This document shows, piece after piece, positions 9,140 to 18,185 of a stretch of DNA of 64,000 nt (position 1 is the stretch's first letter; each line of letters opens with the position of its first letter). The stretch lies in assembly GCA_965248925.1 (NCBI GenBank), contig CBDFLE010000006.1, positions 512,001-576,000 on the forward strand. Direction: 5' to 3'. Source of the stretch: Candidatus Multivoradales bacterium (GTDB lineage Bacteria > Acidobacteriota > Thermoanaerobaculia > Multivoradales > J023). Both the position numbers and the translations under genes were made by a program. The notes under the pieces were generated by a model. That model was not told the origin of the DNA. It saw only the letters and a list, made by a program, of their open reading frames with translations, and searched no databases.

Positions 9140-10714
9140 ATGCCGAGAGTGAGGACATCGATGCGCAAGATACGCGAGGTACTGAGACTGAAATGGCAGC
9201 ATGGCCTGTCGCACCGCCAGATCGGACGGTCGGTTCGGCTGGGCCACGGGACGGTGTGCAACTACCTGCTGCGAGCCAAGGTTGAAGGCCTGAGCTGGGA
9301 GCAAGTAGCAGCTTTGAGCGACGCTGAGCTGGAGCAACGCCTGTACCCTCGGCCGCAGCCGCTTCGGAGGGGTGGTCAGCGAGCCTTGCCCGACTGGACC
9401 AAGGTGCATGGCGAGCTGAAGAAGAAGGGCGTAACCCTGTCGCTGCTGTGGCAAGAGTACCGGGAGGACCATCCTGACGGCTACGGTTTCAGCCGCTTCT
9501 GTCAGCTGTACCGGATCTGGGAAGGGCGCCTGGATGTGTGCCTGCGCCAAGCCTACCGGGCGGGCGAGAAGCTGTTCGTCGACTATGCCGGACAGACCGT
9601 GAGGGTGATCGACCCGGCGACTGGCAAAGCGCGCGAAGCGCAGATCTTCGTGGCGGTGCTGGGGGCGAGCAACTACACCTATGCCGAATCAACGTGGAGC
9701 CAGGGCCTGGAGGACTGGATCGGCTCTCATGTGCGGACCTTCGCGGCTCTGGGCGGGGTGAGCGAGCTGGTGGTGCCGGACAATCTGAAGAGCGGCGTGA
9801 CCAGCCCGTGCCGCTACGAGCCGGAGATCAATCGCACCTACGCGGAGTTGGCCGAGCACTACGGCGTGGCGGTGGTGCCGGCGCGGGTGAGGAAGCCCCA
9901 AGACAAGGCGAAGGTCGAAAACGGTGTATTGCAAGTGGAGCGCTGGATTCTGGCCCGGCTGCGTAACCAGCAGTTCTTCAGCCTGCGAGAGCTCAACGAG
10001 AGCATCGCGAAGCTTCTGGTCGAGCTTAACGACCGTCCGCTGAAGGTGTTGGGCGTCTCGCGCCGAGCGCTGTTCGAGCAGGTCGATCGTCCTGCTCTGG
10101 GTGCTTTGCCGCTCCAGCCCTACGAGCTTGCCGAATGGAAGAAGGTACGCGTTGCCCCGGACTACCACGTCGAGTTCGAGGGCCACTATTACAGTGTGCC
10201 GTACCAGCTGATCAAGAAGCAGCTCGATCTGCGGGCGACGGCGCAACTGGTGGAGGTGCTCGATCGCGGCAAGCGTGTGGCTGCTCATCGTCGCAATCGG
10301 TGTCGGGGTCGGCACACGACCCAGAGCGAGCACATGCCCAAAGCGCACCAGGCGTACCTGGAGTGGACACCGACACGGCTGATCAGCTGGGCGGCGAAAA
10401 CAGGCCAGGCGACGGCCGAACTGGTGGAGACCATCATGCTTAACCGCTCCCATCCTCAGCACGGCTTTCGCTCGTGTCTGGGGCTGATGCGCCTGGGCAA
10501 GACCTATGGTGCCAATCGTTTGGAGGCTGCGTGCCGCCGCGCGCTCGCCATTCACGGCCTGTCCTACAAGAGCGTGAAGTCGATCCTGAAGAGCGGCCTG
10601 GACCAGCAAGCAGCGCCCGAGCCCACCGAAGTGACGGCGCCGATCGAGCACCACAACGTCCGCGGCGCCAGCTACTACAGTGCCGCGCGCCGCGAGGAGA
10701 CGCCGCCATGCTGA
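9140..10714 (+). CDS. istA: IS21 transposase IstA
   Basis: N-terminal HTH, FVDYAG, VPDNLKSGV and KAKVE DDE motifs. Confidence 0.97.
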   Translation: MPRVRTSMRKIREVLRLKWQHGLSHRQIGRSVRLGHGTVCNYLLRAKVEGLSWEQVAALSDAELEQRLYPRPQPLRRGGQRALPDWTKVHGELKKKGVTLSLLWQEYREDHPDGYGFSRFCQLYRIWEGRLDVCLRQAYRAGEKLFVDYAGQTVRVIDPATGKAREAQIFVAVLGASNYTYAESTWSQGLEDWIGSHVRTFAALGGVSELVVPDNLKSGVTSPCRYEPEINRTYAELAEHYGVAVVPARVRKPQDKAKVENGVLQVERWILARLRNQQFFSLRELNESIAKLLVELNDRPLKVLGVSRRALFEQVDRPALGALPLQPYELAEWKKVRVAPDYHVEFEGHYYSVPYQLIKKQLDLRATAQLVEVLDRGKRVAAHRRNRCRGRHTTQSEHMPKAHQAYLEWTPTRLISWAAKTGQATAELVETIMLNRSHPQHGFRSCLGLMRLGKTYGANRLEAACRRALAIHGLSYKSVKSILKSGLDQQAAPEPTEVTAPIEHHNVRGASYYSAARREETPPC

Positions 10715-11472
10715 GGCACGCGACGCTCGATCAACTCGCCGCGCTCAAGCTCCACGGTATGGCCAAAGCCTTTGAGGAGCAGCTGTCGATGGTCGATGTC
10801 TCAGAGCTCTCCTTCGAAGAGCGCCTCGGGCTGCTGGTCGAGCGCGAAGCGACCGAGCGATCCAGCCGCCGCTTGATAGCGCGGTTGCGAAAAGCCAAGC
10901 TGCGCGAGCAGGCGGCCATCGAAGACATCGACTGGCGAGCCAAGAGGGGCCTGGACAAAGGCCAGATCCTGCGCCTGGCCTCGTGCCAGTGGATCGCCGA
11001 GCATCTCAACGTGCTGATCACCGGCAAGGCCGGGGTGGGCAAGACCTTTCTCGCCTGCGCCTTCGCGCACAAGGCATGTCGGGAGGGTTACACCGCTTTG
11101 TACCTGCGGGTGCCGAGGCTGTTTCGCCAGCTCGCCATCGCGCGGGGTGATGGTAGCTACGAGAAGCTGCTCAAGAGCTATGCTCGCACAGACCTGCTCA
11201 TCCTCGACGACTGGGGGCTGGCGCCGATCGGGGCCAGCGAGCGGCGCGACCTGCTCGAGATTCTTGAGGACCGCTACGGCAACCGCTCCACGCTGGTGAC
11301 CTCCCAGCTACCGGTTGAGAGCTGGTACGAGGTCATCGGCGATCCGACCTTGGCCGACGCCATCCTCGATCGCATTGTCCACGGCGCCTACAAGCTCGCG
11401 GTGGACGGTGACTCCATGCGGGCGAAGAGAGCCGGCGGTATTCGCAAGGCCGCCCAGCGAGAGGCAAGGTGA
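10708..11472 (+). CDS. istB: IS21 helper ATPase IstB
   Basis: Walker A GKAGVGKT, Walker B LLILDDWG, ADAILDRIVH; ATG at 10708 overlaps the end of istA. Confidence 0.97.
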   Translation: MLRHATLDQLAALKLHGMAKAFEEQLSMVDVSELSFEERLGLLVEREATERSSRRLIARLRKAKLREQAAIEDIDWRAKRGLDKGQILRLASCQWIAEHLNVLITGKAGVGKTFLACAFAHKACREGYTALYLRVPRLFRQLAIARGDGSYEKLLKSYARTDLLILDDWGLAPIGASERRDLLEILEDRYGNRSTLVTSQLPVESWYEVIGDPTLADAILDRIVHGAYKLAVDGDSMRAKRAGGIRKAAQREAR

Positions 11473-12134
11473 GATCCAAGAGCATGCTGAAGCGATCGCC
11501 GATCCTGACCCATCAGCGGGCCTGCGGCCCGATCCGGACCCGACCCAAGATGGACTGTGGAAGCTGCCGCGGCTGTGGAAATCGCTCTGCGATTCCCACA
11601 GCCGCTTGGAAAACGCCCCCCGGCCACCCACCCGCGTTTCCCACAGCTACGCACAGCCCCGACGACGGGTTATTTGAATACAATCAACCAAGAAGAAGAA
11701 CCGGAAGGAGGGCTCCAGCTACAGCGAAAGTGGACACCTACAACTGAGGAGAGCGCCAGCGTCGCTTCGCTCCGACAAGTGGTCGGTTTCGATCGGAATG
11801 GCTGGTCAGTTTCGTCGGAATAGGCAGGTAGAGATTGCAAGTGATGCGGTGGGTGTAGGTGCCGTGCATATGGAATGAGGGGAAAAAGGACACGCGGCCA
11901 TGAGCGAGCGCCCACGAACACAGCGCACCCTACGTCCCATCGTAGGCTGCTGGAAGAGCCTCGGCTTCTCGGCAGCCGGTTTTCTACGGAAGAGCGGATG
12001 AATTGACGGTGGGAAGCTGACGGGCGGTGGACTGGCGAGCTTCGAGAGACCGCGAAAGAACTACTGTAGCGGCGATCCCGCTTAAGGTTCCATTAATAAT
12101 TCCAGTGCGTCACAGTTCACAGCTGTGTTGTTTC

Positions 12135-12235
12135 GGGGGTCGTGGGGGCAGCGCCCCTACGCAAGATAGGACGCTCTGCGGACGGTGCAATTGGGCGGAC
12201 GAGCTGTGCTCGGCTGCCCAATTGCAATCTTGCCC
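12135..12235 (-). other. Candidate oriT (IncP-like nick region plus inverted repeat)
   Basis: Minus-strand CCTATCTTGC (12161-12170) resembles the RP4 nick region CCTATCCTG^C; adjacent hairpin TGCAATTGGGC...GCCCAATTGCA (12186-12226); upstream of mobC-relaxase. Confidence 0.55.
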
Positions 12236-12388
12236 CTGCTTTGCGGGGCCACTGCTCAGTGCTCATTTGCGATTGGGCTGCGCTGCTATGCACGTGCAGT
12301 CCTTGCGCTGTACACTTTCGCTGGCCAGAAGCCGGCAAAGCAGCAGCTATCATTCGAGGCAATCATTCGCTGTCGAGAAGGACGGGCC

Positions 12389-15300
12389 ATGACACCGGAT
12401 TTCACCTACGACGTTTTCTTGAGTCACAGCTCTCAGGACAAGCTCGCCGTGCGCGCTCTGGCAGAGCGATTGCGAGAGGACAGAATAAGAGTCTGGTTCG
12501 ATGAGTGGAAGATTGGCCCCGGCGACAGTATTCCAGCGAAGATCGAAGCAGGACTGGAGCAGTCGCGTGTGCTCGTGCTTTGCATGTCGGACAGTGCGTT
12601 CGGCTCTGACTGGGCGCAGCTAGAGGCCGGCACGTTCCGCTTTCGCGATCCACTGAACAGCGATCGCCGCTTCATCCCGTTGCGGCTCGACGATGCTCCC
12701 ATCAGAGGCTCCCTCGCTCAATTTCTCTACATCGACTGGCGGATTGAGGATCATGAGCAAGCCTACCTCGGATTGCTCAAGGCCTGTCGGGAGACCGAGC
12801 CAGGAAGTGCAACCGACATGCAGGATGAGAAATGGTGGTCGCGCGCGAAGCCACAGGATGTCGCCGCTCATGGGCCATCGAGGGATGACTTCCCTAAGAA
12901 GACCAAAGACACCCTTTCCCGAAGAGTAGGAATGAGGTGCTCCAATCCAGACTGCCGACAAACGACAAGCGGCCCACAATCCGATCCCGACAAAGCCATC
13001 AATATAGGTGTTGCCGCCCACATCACCGCTGCTTCGTCAGGCGGGCCGCGATATGACGGATCGCTTTCAAAGGTAGAGCGTTCTTCGATCCAGAATGGCC
13101 TCTGGCTCTGCCAGAACTGCGCGAAATTGGTGGATAGCGACGTAGGACGATTCACCGTCGAGTTGCTCCAAGAATGGAAGAAGAATGGGGAGAGGTCGGC
13201 TCAACGAGCGTTGGAGACCAGTGCGAGCATTGCTAGCGATATTGGCGATGCCGCCACCGACCGAAAGACGAGTGCTGCGAAAAGGAAGATCGACAAGGCG
13301 CAGGAGCTAGCTCGTTCAGGAAAACTCAGCGAAGCAATAGCGGAGGCTCTTGAGTCCCTCGAGATTGCGCGGAACGAGAACGACGAAGAGCAAGAGGTGG
13401 AAACCTTGCTCGCCTTAGCGCTGCTCTCGTCGGATCGACAAGGGATCGGAGACAGACTTCACTATTTTCAAGAAGCTGAGAAGAAAGTCGACAAGATCAA
13501 GGCACCTGCGGCTAAGGCTATCTACTTGCGCGCGAAGGCAGCAGTTCTGGGTGAGCAAGGCGACACCTCAGGAGCCGAGGCGCTCTACAAAGAGGCGCTC
13601 GACATCTGTTCGAGGGAGGAGGACGACGAGAAAAGAAATCTTGCGACTCAAGCGTGCATCTTGCGGTCAGACTATGTCCATCTCCTTTGCGGTGAGAAGA
13701 GATATGAGGAGGCGGAAGCAGTTCTAAGGGCGTGTGAAGATTATGCGCGCGACAACCGCGATGCTAGGAACACAGAACTCCTTGGGGCGGCGCTGGAGGC
13801 CGGGATACATCTGTACCTCGATACTAAGGACAAGGAAGGAGCCGTGGCCCGAATCGAAGAACTTGAAGCTGCGGCCACCACGATAAGGCTAGCGGATCGT
13901 ATCGGCGGCGAGCTCCTCAATATCGCGAATCACGCGGCCCACAGAAAGATGTATGGCGCTGCCCTTCGCGCGGCAGAAGCGAGCATACGGTTGGGTCACC
14001 GCTGTGATGATGGCAAGTCGCCGGGCTTCCTGATCGGAGCGTTGTATACCGAGGCAATGATCTTGGCGAAATCTGGTGATGAGATGGCGCTAACCAAGGC
14101 CCAAGCAGTACTGAGCGCCTGTTGTAGGCCAGAGGATCAGGCCGTCAGACAAGCGGCCAGCCAGCTGATCGCGGAGATACGACGGACAGCTGGCGATTCA
14201 GAGTCGGCAGTTGATCTCGCGCGCGGGGCCTTAGCGTTGGCCACAGGAGGGCCAGAGAACATCGCTTTCTCGAAGTCTGCGCTGGCCCGAGCGCTGAATG
14301 ACAACGGCCAAACTGAGGAGGCGTTCAATGAGGCGAGCGAGGCGTGGGCGCTACTTGAGCAAGCTAGTATTCCGCCTAAAACGGCACTGGATGTTCTGGC
14401 TCAGGTAACCAACTATGGATCGCAGATCGGCAACGACGCTGGTGTTCGGAGCGCACTCGACACGATCGCTGTGTTACCAGACGAGGAGGGGGAACTCGAG
14501 GAGGAGAAGACCCGTGTCGTCGCGCGGGCGGATGCTAACCGTCAGATTAGAGAGAGGATTCTGGAGATATCAACGCCGTCGAGTTCAGAAGATGGCCCGA
14601 ATATCGAGGCAGGTGTAGCCACTCTCCAGGACGCGAACGCGAGAGTTGTCGAGCAGTTAATCGGCCTTTGGGATGAAGTACCGGAAGCCGCCGGAGGAAT
14701 CTATGACTTCTGGGGTCGGGGCAATTTTGTGCGCCTGCTCGAGAATGCTCGGCGTTACCCAACTAGTTTTAATGTAACAGTCGAGGTGCGCAGTTTAGAG
14801 GACGTGAAACGAGCGATTCGCCTGTGGGGCCTCTACGCTGATTTTCTTCTGCTTCTCTGGAAGGGCGAGTCTCAGAGTGGGCTGGCCATCGTGCCCTTTC
14901 CGCGAGATTTCAAGGGGCCCGGAGGCTGGGGCTACATTGTGGCTATGGGCGACGAAATGAAGGTCGAAGGCTCATCGAAAATATGGCATGGCGCGTTGGC
15001 GCAGATTTCAAGTATCCCGGACGATGTAGCTGCATTTCTTGCAACTGAAGCCCGGCGGTTTGTGGAGACGGGTCGCCTGATTGTCGTGTCGGCTCCAGCT
15101 GTAGGTTGCACCAACCCAGGTCACGGACCGTTTGAGCAGCTGCTCGCTGAGAGTGCAAACGCGATCCCAAGCGTACGCTGGAAGGGCTTTGAAGGTGAGC
15201 CGATTGGTCTTGTGCCGTACTCCCCGAACGCACCGTTGGAACTGCTAGCTGAGCTGACAGAGATCGAGGATGACCGGCTAAGGAAGCTGAGACTTCTTCT

Positions 15301-15709
15301 CGTTGAGCGGAGCAGACAGCTAGTGCCTGGCAATGAAGTGAAGGCCGGTGCAAGAATATTAGCTCTGGAGATTGACGACGCATTGCGTGACCTGACTGAT
15401 AGGACGGATGCCTTCTCTCGTAGGAAGGGACTGGAAAGAGCAGCCGAGCCACTGTGCGCTGGAATCGCCCGCTTTAGACGTGAGGGACTGGCACTGTCTG
15501 ACGAGGCTTCTCACTCCCCATTTGCACCGCTGTTCGTACTCCAGAGCTTAGGATACGGGTGGCGAGTTGACAGCGGGGCGATACCGAAGCCCCCAGGGCG
15601 TTTCCAGCCAGAGTCCGGTGACATCGTTGGGACATGGTTGGCTCCACCAACAGCGGGCTGGACGGTACCTATCATGCGCGCTGTCGATGCCGATGATAGG
15701 GAGACTTGA
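12389..15709 (+). CDS. TIR + HNH-like nuclease + TPR + unknown C-terminal domain fusion; putative defence protein
   Basis: TIR (YDVFLSHSSQDK...SDWAQLE), Zn/HNH-like (RCSNPDC...AAHITAASSGGPRYD...NGLWLCQNC), helical TPR-like middle; ATG at 12389 with AAGGA upstream. Confidence 0.85.
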   Translation: MTPDFTYDVFLSHSSQDKLAVRALAERLREDRIRVWFDEWKIGPGDSIPAKIEAGLEQSRVLVLCMSDSAFGSDWAQLEAGTFRFRDPLNSDRRFIPLRLDDAPIRGSLAQFLYIDWRIEDHEQAYLGLLKACRETEPGSATDMQDEKWWSRAKPQDVAAHGPSRDDFPKKTKDTLSRRVGMRCSNPDCRQTTSGPQSDPDKAINIGVAAHITAASSGGPRYDGSLSKVERSSIQNGLWLCQNCAKLVDSDVGRFTVELLQEWKKNGERSAQRALETSASIASDIGDAATDRKTSAAKRKIDKAQELARSGKLSEAIAEALESLEIARNENDEEQEVETLLALALLSSDRQGIGDRLHYFQEAEKKVDKIKAPAAKAIYLRAKAAVLGEQGDTSGAEALYKEALDICSREEDDEKRNLATQACILRSDYVHLLCGEKRYEEAEAVLRACEDYARDNRDARNTELLGAALEAGIHLYLDTKDKEGAVARIEELEAAATTIRLADRIGGELLNIANHAAHRKMYGAALRAAEASIRLGHRCDDGKSPGFLIGALYTEAMILAKSGDEMALTKAQAVLSACCRPEDQAVRQAASQLIAEIRRTAGDSESAVDLARGALALATGGPENIAFSKSALARALNDNGQTEEAFNEASEAWALLEQASIPPKTALDVLAQVTNYGSQIGNDAGVRSALDTIAVLPDEEGELEEEKTRVVARADANRQIRERILEISTPSSSEDGPNIEAGVATLQDANARVVEQLIGLWDEVPEAAGGIYDFWGRGNFVRLLENARRYPTSFNVTVEVRSLEDVKRAIRLWGLYADFLLLLWKGESQSGLAIVPFPRDFKGPGGWGYIVAMGDEMKVEGSSKIWHGALAQISSIPDDVAAFLATEARRFVETGRLIVVSAPAVGCTNPGHGPFEQLLAESANAIPSVRWKGFEGEPIGLVPYSPNAPLELLAELTEIEDDRLRKLRLLLVERSRQLVPGNEVKAGARILALEIDDALRDLTDRTDAFSRRKGLERAAEPLCAGIARFRREGLALSDEASHSPFAPLFVLQSLGYGWRVDSGAIPKPPGRFQPESGDIVGTWLAPPTAGWTVPIMRAVDADDRET

Positions 15710-15887
15710 GGGGCGGACAGCGAGTCCTTCTGGAGCGTGTCGAGCCTGGACTCTTCTCTAGCTGGGCGGCGGACGAAGGCTCGATAGTTCAATCTCTGGC
15801 TTCAGGGCTGCCCCTTTTCATGGCGGGTCATTCGACCGGCCGCCGCAGGAGCCCAAAATAGGGAGGTGACTTTCATCCCTACTATCC

Positions 15888-17018
15888 ATGACCTCCGCAT
15901 CACGCCCACGTCTCATCGCCGAGAACCTCACCCAGATCCGCCAAAACACCAACTGGCGCCAGTTCTTCGAAGCCCTGAAGCTCCCCAGAGACCCCAAGAA
16001 ATCCAAAGACCACGACTGGTGGGCCAAGAGCCCCTTTCGACCTGACGAGCGTACTGCCTCGTTCCATATGAACGCTCGCGGCTGGTATTGCCACGCTACA
16101 AGCCAGGGCGGCGGCCCCATCGAATTGGTGCAGCGTCTCCATCCGGGAATGCACTGTTTCGATGCTGGCCGATGGCTTCTGGAGCATGGCGTCAGCCGCG
16201 TTGTATCGGATGTTCGGGAAGATCTTCATCTTCTCGAAGGCGCAGATACCGTTCAGTCCGAGAAGGAGCCCTCGAACGAGCCAGTCCGGCAGGATCTCCG
16301 GAGCCAGCTCTCCGCGAACCACCGGCTCTGCGCCGCTCGGGGCGTCCCTTCCGAGATCTACCGAGAATTGGGTGCTGGCTTCCTGGATCGGCCAATTCGG
16401 AAGAATGGGAGACCCGATCCACTGAACCACCGAATCGTGTTCCAGATCCGGGGACTCAAGGAGAACGAGACCGGAGAGCTTCATGCCGTTGTCCTCGGTC
16501 ATATGGGCCGAGCGACAACAGAAGACCAGGCCGACCGGGATGGCAAATGGTGGACGTATGCAGGATTCAAGAAAAGTCTGGAGCTGTACAACCTCGACCA
16601 CGCGATCCTTGACGATGAGGCCGTTGACCAAGCCAAGGGTACCGAGCATCTTCTCGTCGTGGAGGGACTGTTCGATGTCGCCAGGCTCTACGCCGCCGGC
16701 ATTCGCAACGTGGTCGCTACTTTCGGCGCCAGCCTCAGCACAGCTCAGCTCAGGCGACTCGATCTCATCAGCGAGATGGTCGGTGTCAACCGGTTCATCA
16801 TCTTCTACGATCGAGACCGGGCTGGACACAAGGGTGCCAAGAAGGCTCTTGAGGCGATTACGGCTTCGGGGCTCGGCATTCAGGCTGAAGTCTTCGATTG
16901 GAACCGCGTCTGGGAATCGACCGTCCGAGGTGATGTCGGCATTCCCGCATCGATCACCGATCCCGCCGAGTTCTCCCTCGGGCAGCTTCAATGGCTCCGT
17001 CATGAGGGGATCCTGTAA
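15888..17018 (+). CDS. DnaG-like primase (degenerate CHC2 zinc-finger region + Toprim)
   Basis: SPFRPDERTASF...WYCHATSQGGGPIELV; Toprim VVEGLFDV...ATFGASLS...FYDRDRAG. Confidence 0.85.
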   Translation: MTSASRPRLIAENLTQIRQNTNWRQFFEALKLPRDPKKSKDHDWWAKSPFRPDERTASFHMNARGWYCHATSQGGGPIELVQRLHPGMHCFDAGRWLLEHGVSRVVSDVREDLHLLEGADTVQSEKEPSNEPVRQDLRSQLSANHRLCAARGVPSEIYRELGAGFLDRPIRKNGRPDPLNHRIVFQIRGLKENETGELHAVVLGHMGRATTEDQADRDGKWWTYAGFKKSLELYNLDHAILDDEAVDQAKGTEHLLVVEGLFDVARLYAAGIRNVVATFGASLSTAQLRRLDLISEMVGVNRFIIFYDRDRAGHKGAKKALEAITASGLGIQAEVFDWNRVWESTVRGDVGIPASITDPAEFSLGQLQWLRHEGIL

Positions 17019-17030
17019 CCGTCCTCGCCC

Positions 17031-17918
17031 ATGAAGATCTCCAGCTTCCACCGGGAGTTCAAGCATTACGCGCTTCTAGGGAAAGGCATGACCAACGGCG
17101 TCTACCGCTCAATCGGCTACACCCTTCGGATGCTGTGTCGATATGCGGCGACTGAAGAAATCGGCTCGTTGACGCCGGACATGATTCGCGCTTTTCTCTA
17201 CTACGGACGAAGCGAGCGCGGCTGGGCGGCAAAGACCTACCGAAATCACTGGCAGTACCTCAAGATCTTCTTCGACTTCTGTCAGCGGCAAGGCTACGTC
17301 CGCTCCAATCCCGTCGAAGGAATCGAGAAGCCGAAGCTCCCGGAGCGACTCCCACGTTGCCTTTCTCACGAAGACTCCTTGAAAGTCCTGGCATACTCGT
17401 ACGGCTACGATTGGCGGTACCACCTTGAAGCTGCACGGAATCACGCGATCATCGCGACTCTGATGATGACCGGCCTCCGGCTGCAAGAGCTTCTGAATCT
17501 CGAAGTCCACGATCTCGACCTGTCGGGGTGCGGGATTCTCGTGAGGCGAGGGAAGGGCCGCAAGGATCGGCTCGTTCCTGTTTACCACAAACTTCTGCCC
17601 ATCCTTCGTAACTTCCTGGAAGCGAAGCGCCAGTCTGGGAAAATCTCTCGCTGGCTGTTCACGGGCGTCAAGTCTGACAAGCAGCTCGCGCAAAAGGACG
17701 TTCGTCGGATCTGCCAAAGAATCTCCGTCGCCTGCGGTGTCAAGTTCACTCCTCATGTTCTCCGGCACACCCTCGGCCGCGAGCTGGTAGACAACGGCGT
17801 CGATATCAAGACGGTGCAGCGAATCTTTGGTCACGCTCAGGTGACCACCACCGAGATCTACACTCATCTTTCTACGCGAGCGTTCAATGGGAATTTTCAA
17901 AGGGCGAGAATCTTTTGA
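17031..17918 (+). CDS. Tyrosine recombinase/integrase (XerC/D-like) 1
   Basis: TGLR, GKGRK, HVLRH, FGH and TTEIY catalytic motifs. Confidence 0.95.
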   Translation: MKISSFHREFKHYALLGKGMTNGVYRSIGYTLRMLCRYAATEEIGSLTPDMIRAFLYYGRSERGWAAKTYRNHWQYLKIFFDFCQRQGYVRSNPVEGIEKPKLPERLPRCLSHEDSLKVLAYSYGYDWRYHLEAARNHAIIATLMMTGLRLQELLNLEVHDLDLSGCGILVRRGKGRKDRLVPVYHKLLPILRNFLEAKRQSGKISRWLFTGVKSDKQLAQKDVRRICQRISVACGVKFTPHVLRHTLGRELVDNGVDIKTVQRIFGHAQVTTTEIYTHLSTRAFNGNFQRARIF

Positions 17919-18049
17919 CAGATCGCGAGGAAATCTCTACGGTGTGGATACCTGCCTTCAGGTCGCTGAACATCGGAAGCCCATCTTTGGGTCACCCATC
18001 GGAATGCCGCATAGGAACTTGCATTACGGGACTTGAAAGCCACTGAGCT

Positions 18050-18096
18050 GGCTCATAACCCGAAGGTCGCAGGTTCGAGTCCTGCCCCCGCAACCA
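18050..18096 (+). other. 3' fragment of initiator tRNA-Met (att-like site)
   Basis: GGCTCATAACCCGAAGGTCGCAGGTTCGAGTCCTGCCCCCGCAACCA matches the anticodon loop (CAT), T-arm, acceptor 3' strand and CCA of tRNA-fMet; the 5' half is absent. Confidence 0.9.
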
Positions 18097-18185
18097 ATAT
18101 CCGCTACAGGAGCGGACTCCGAAGAATCGACAGTCCGACAAAGAAGGTTCAGCGACCACAGGGCAGAGCCCTATGGTCACTGGCT

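Larger units (their letters stand above)
8926..11826 (+). mobile_element. IS21-family insertion sequence, complete, with 7-bp target-site duplication GGTAGAG
   Basis: Ends TGCCTGCACCGACGGAAACCGACCA and (reverse complement) TGCCTATTCCGACGAAACTGACCA; GGTAGAG at 8919-8925 and 11827-11833; multiple subterminal repeats; istA-istB inside. Confidence 0.95.
8563..11869 (-). pseudogene. mobC: mobC-like relaxosome accessory gene interrupted by the IS21 element
   Basis: Removing 8926-11833 rejoins MHGTYTHRITCNLY (11869-11827) in frame with PDQYFKISHAANQFHSRVAPFLRDVGLAY...EIRRVGTSFHQIA, which looks like RHH plus the MobC 'RIGxNxNQIA'-like motif; overlaps the relaxase start. Confidence 0.8.

Noticed and set aside
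8563-9261. 232-aa ORF as a genuine gene
   Set aside because: It is a chimera of IS21 left-end sequence and the 3' part of the interrupted mobC
12185-12388. N-terminal extension of the TIR protein
   Set aside because: It overlaps the oriT-like hairpin region; ATG 12389 has an SD-like AAGGA and begins right at the TIR domain
15900-17900. Long minus-strand ORFs (388 aa and 263 aa)
   Set aside because: Antisense shadows of the primase and integrase in GC-rich DNA, with no motifs
18020-18096. Complete tRNA-Met gene
   Set aside because: The 5' half does not form proper acceptor or D stems and the anticodon stem is broken (GCTGG versus CCCGA); only the 3' fragment matches
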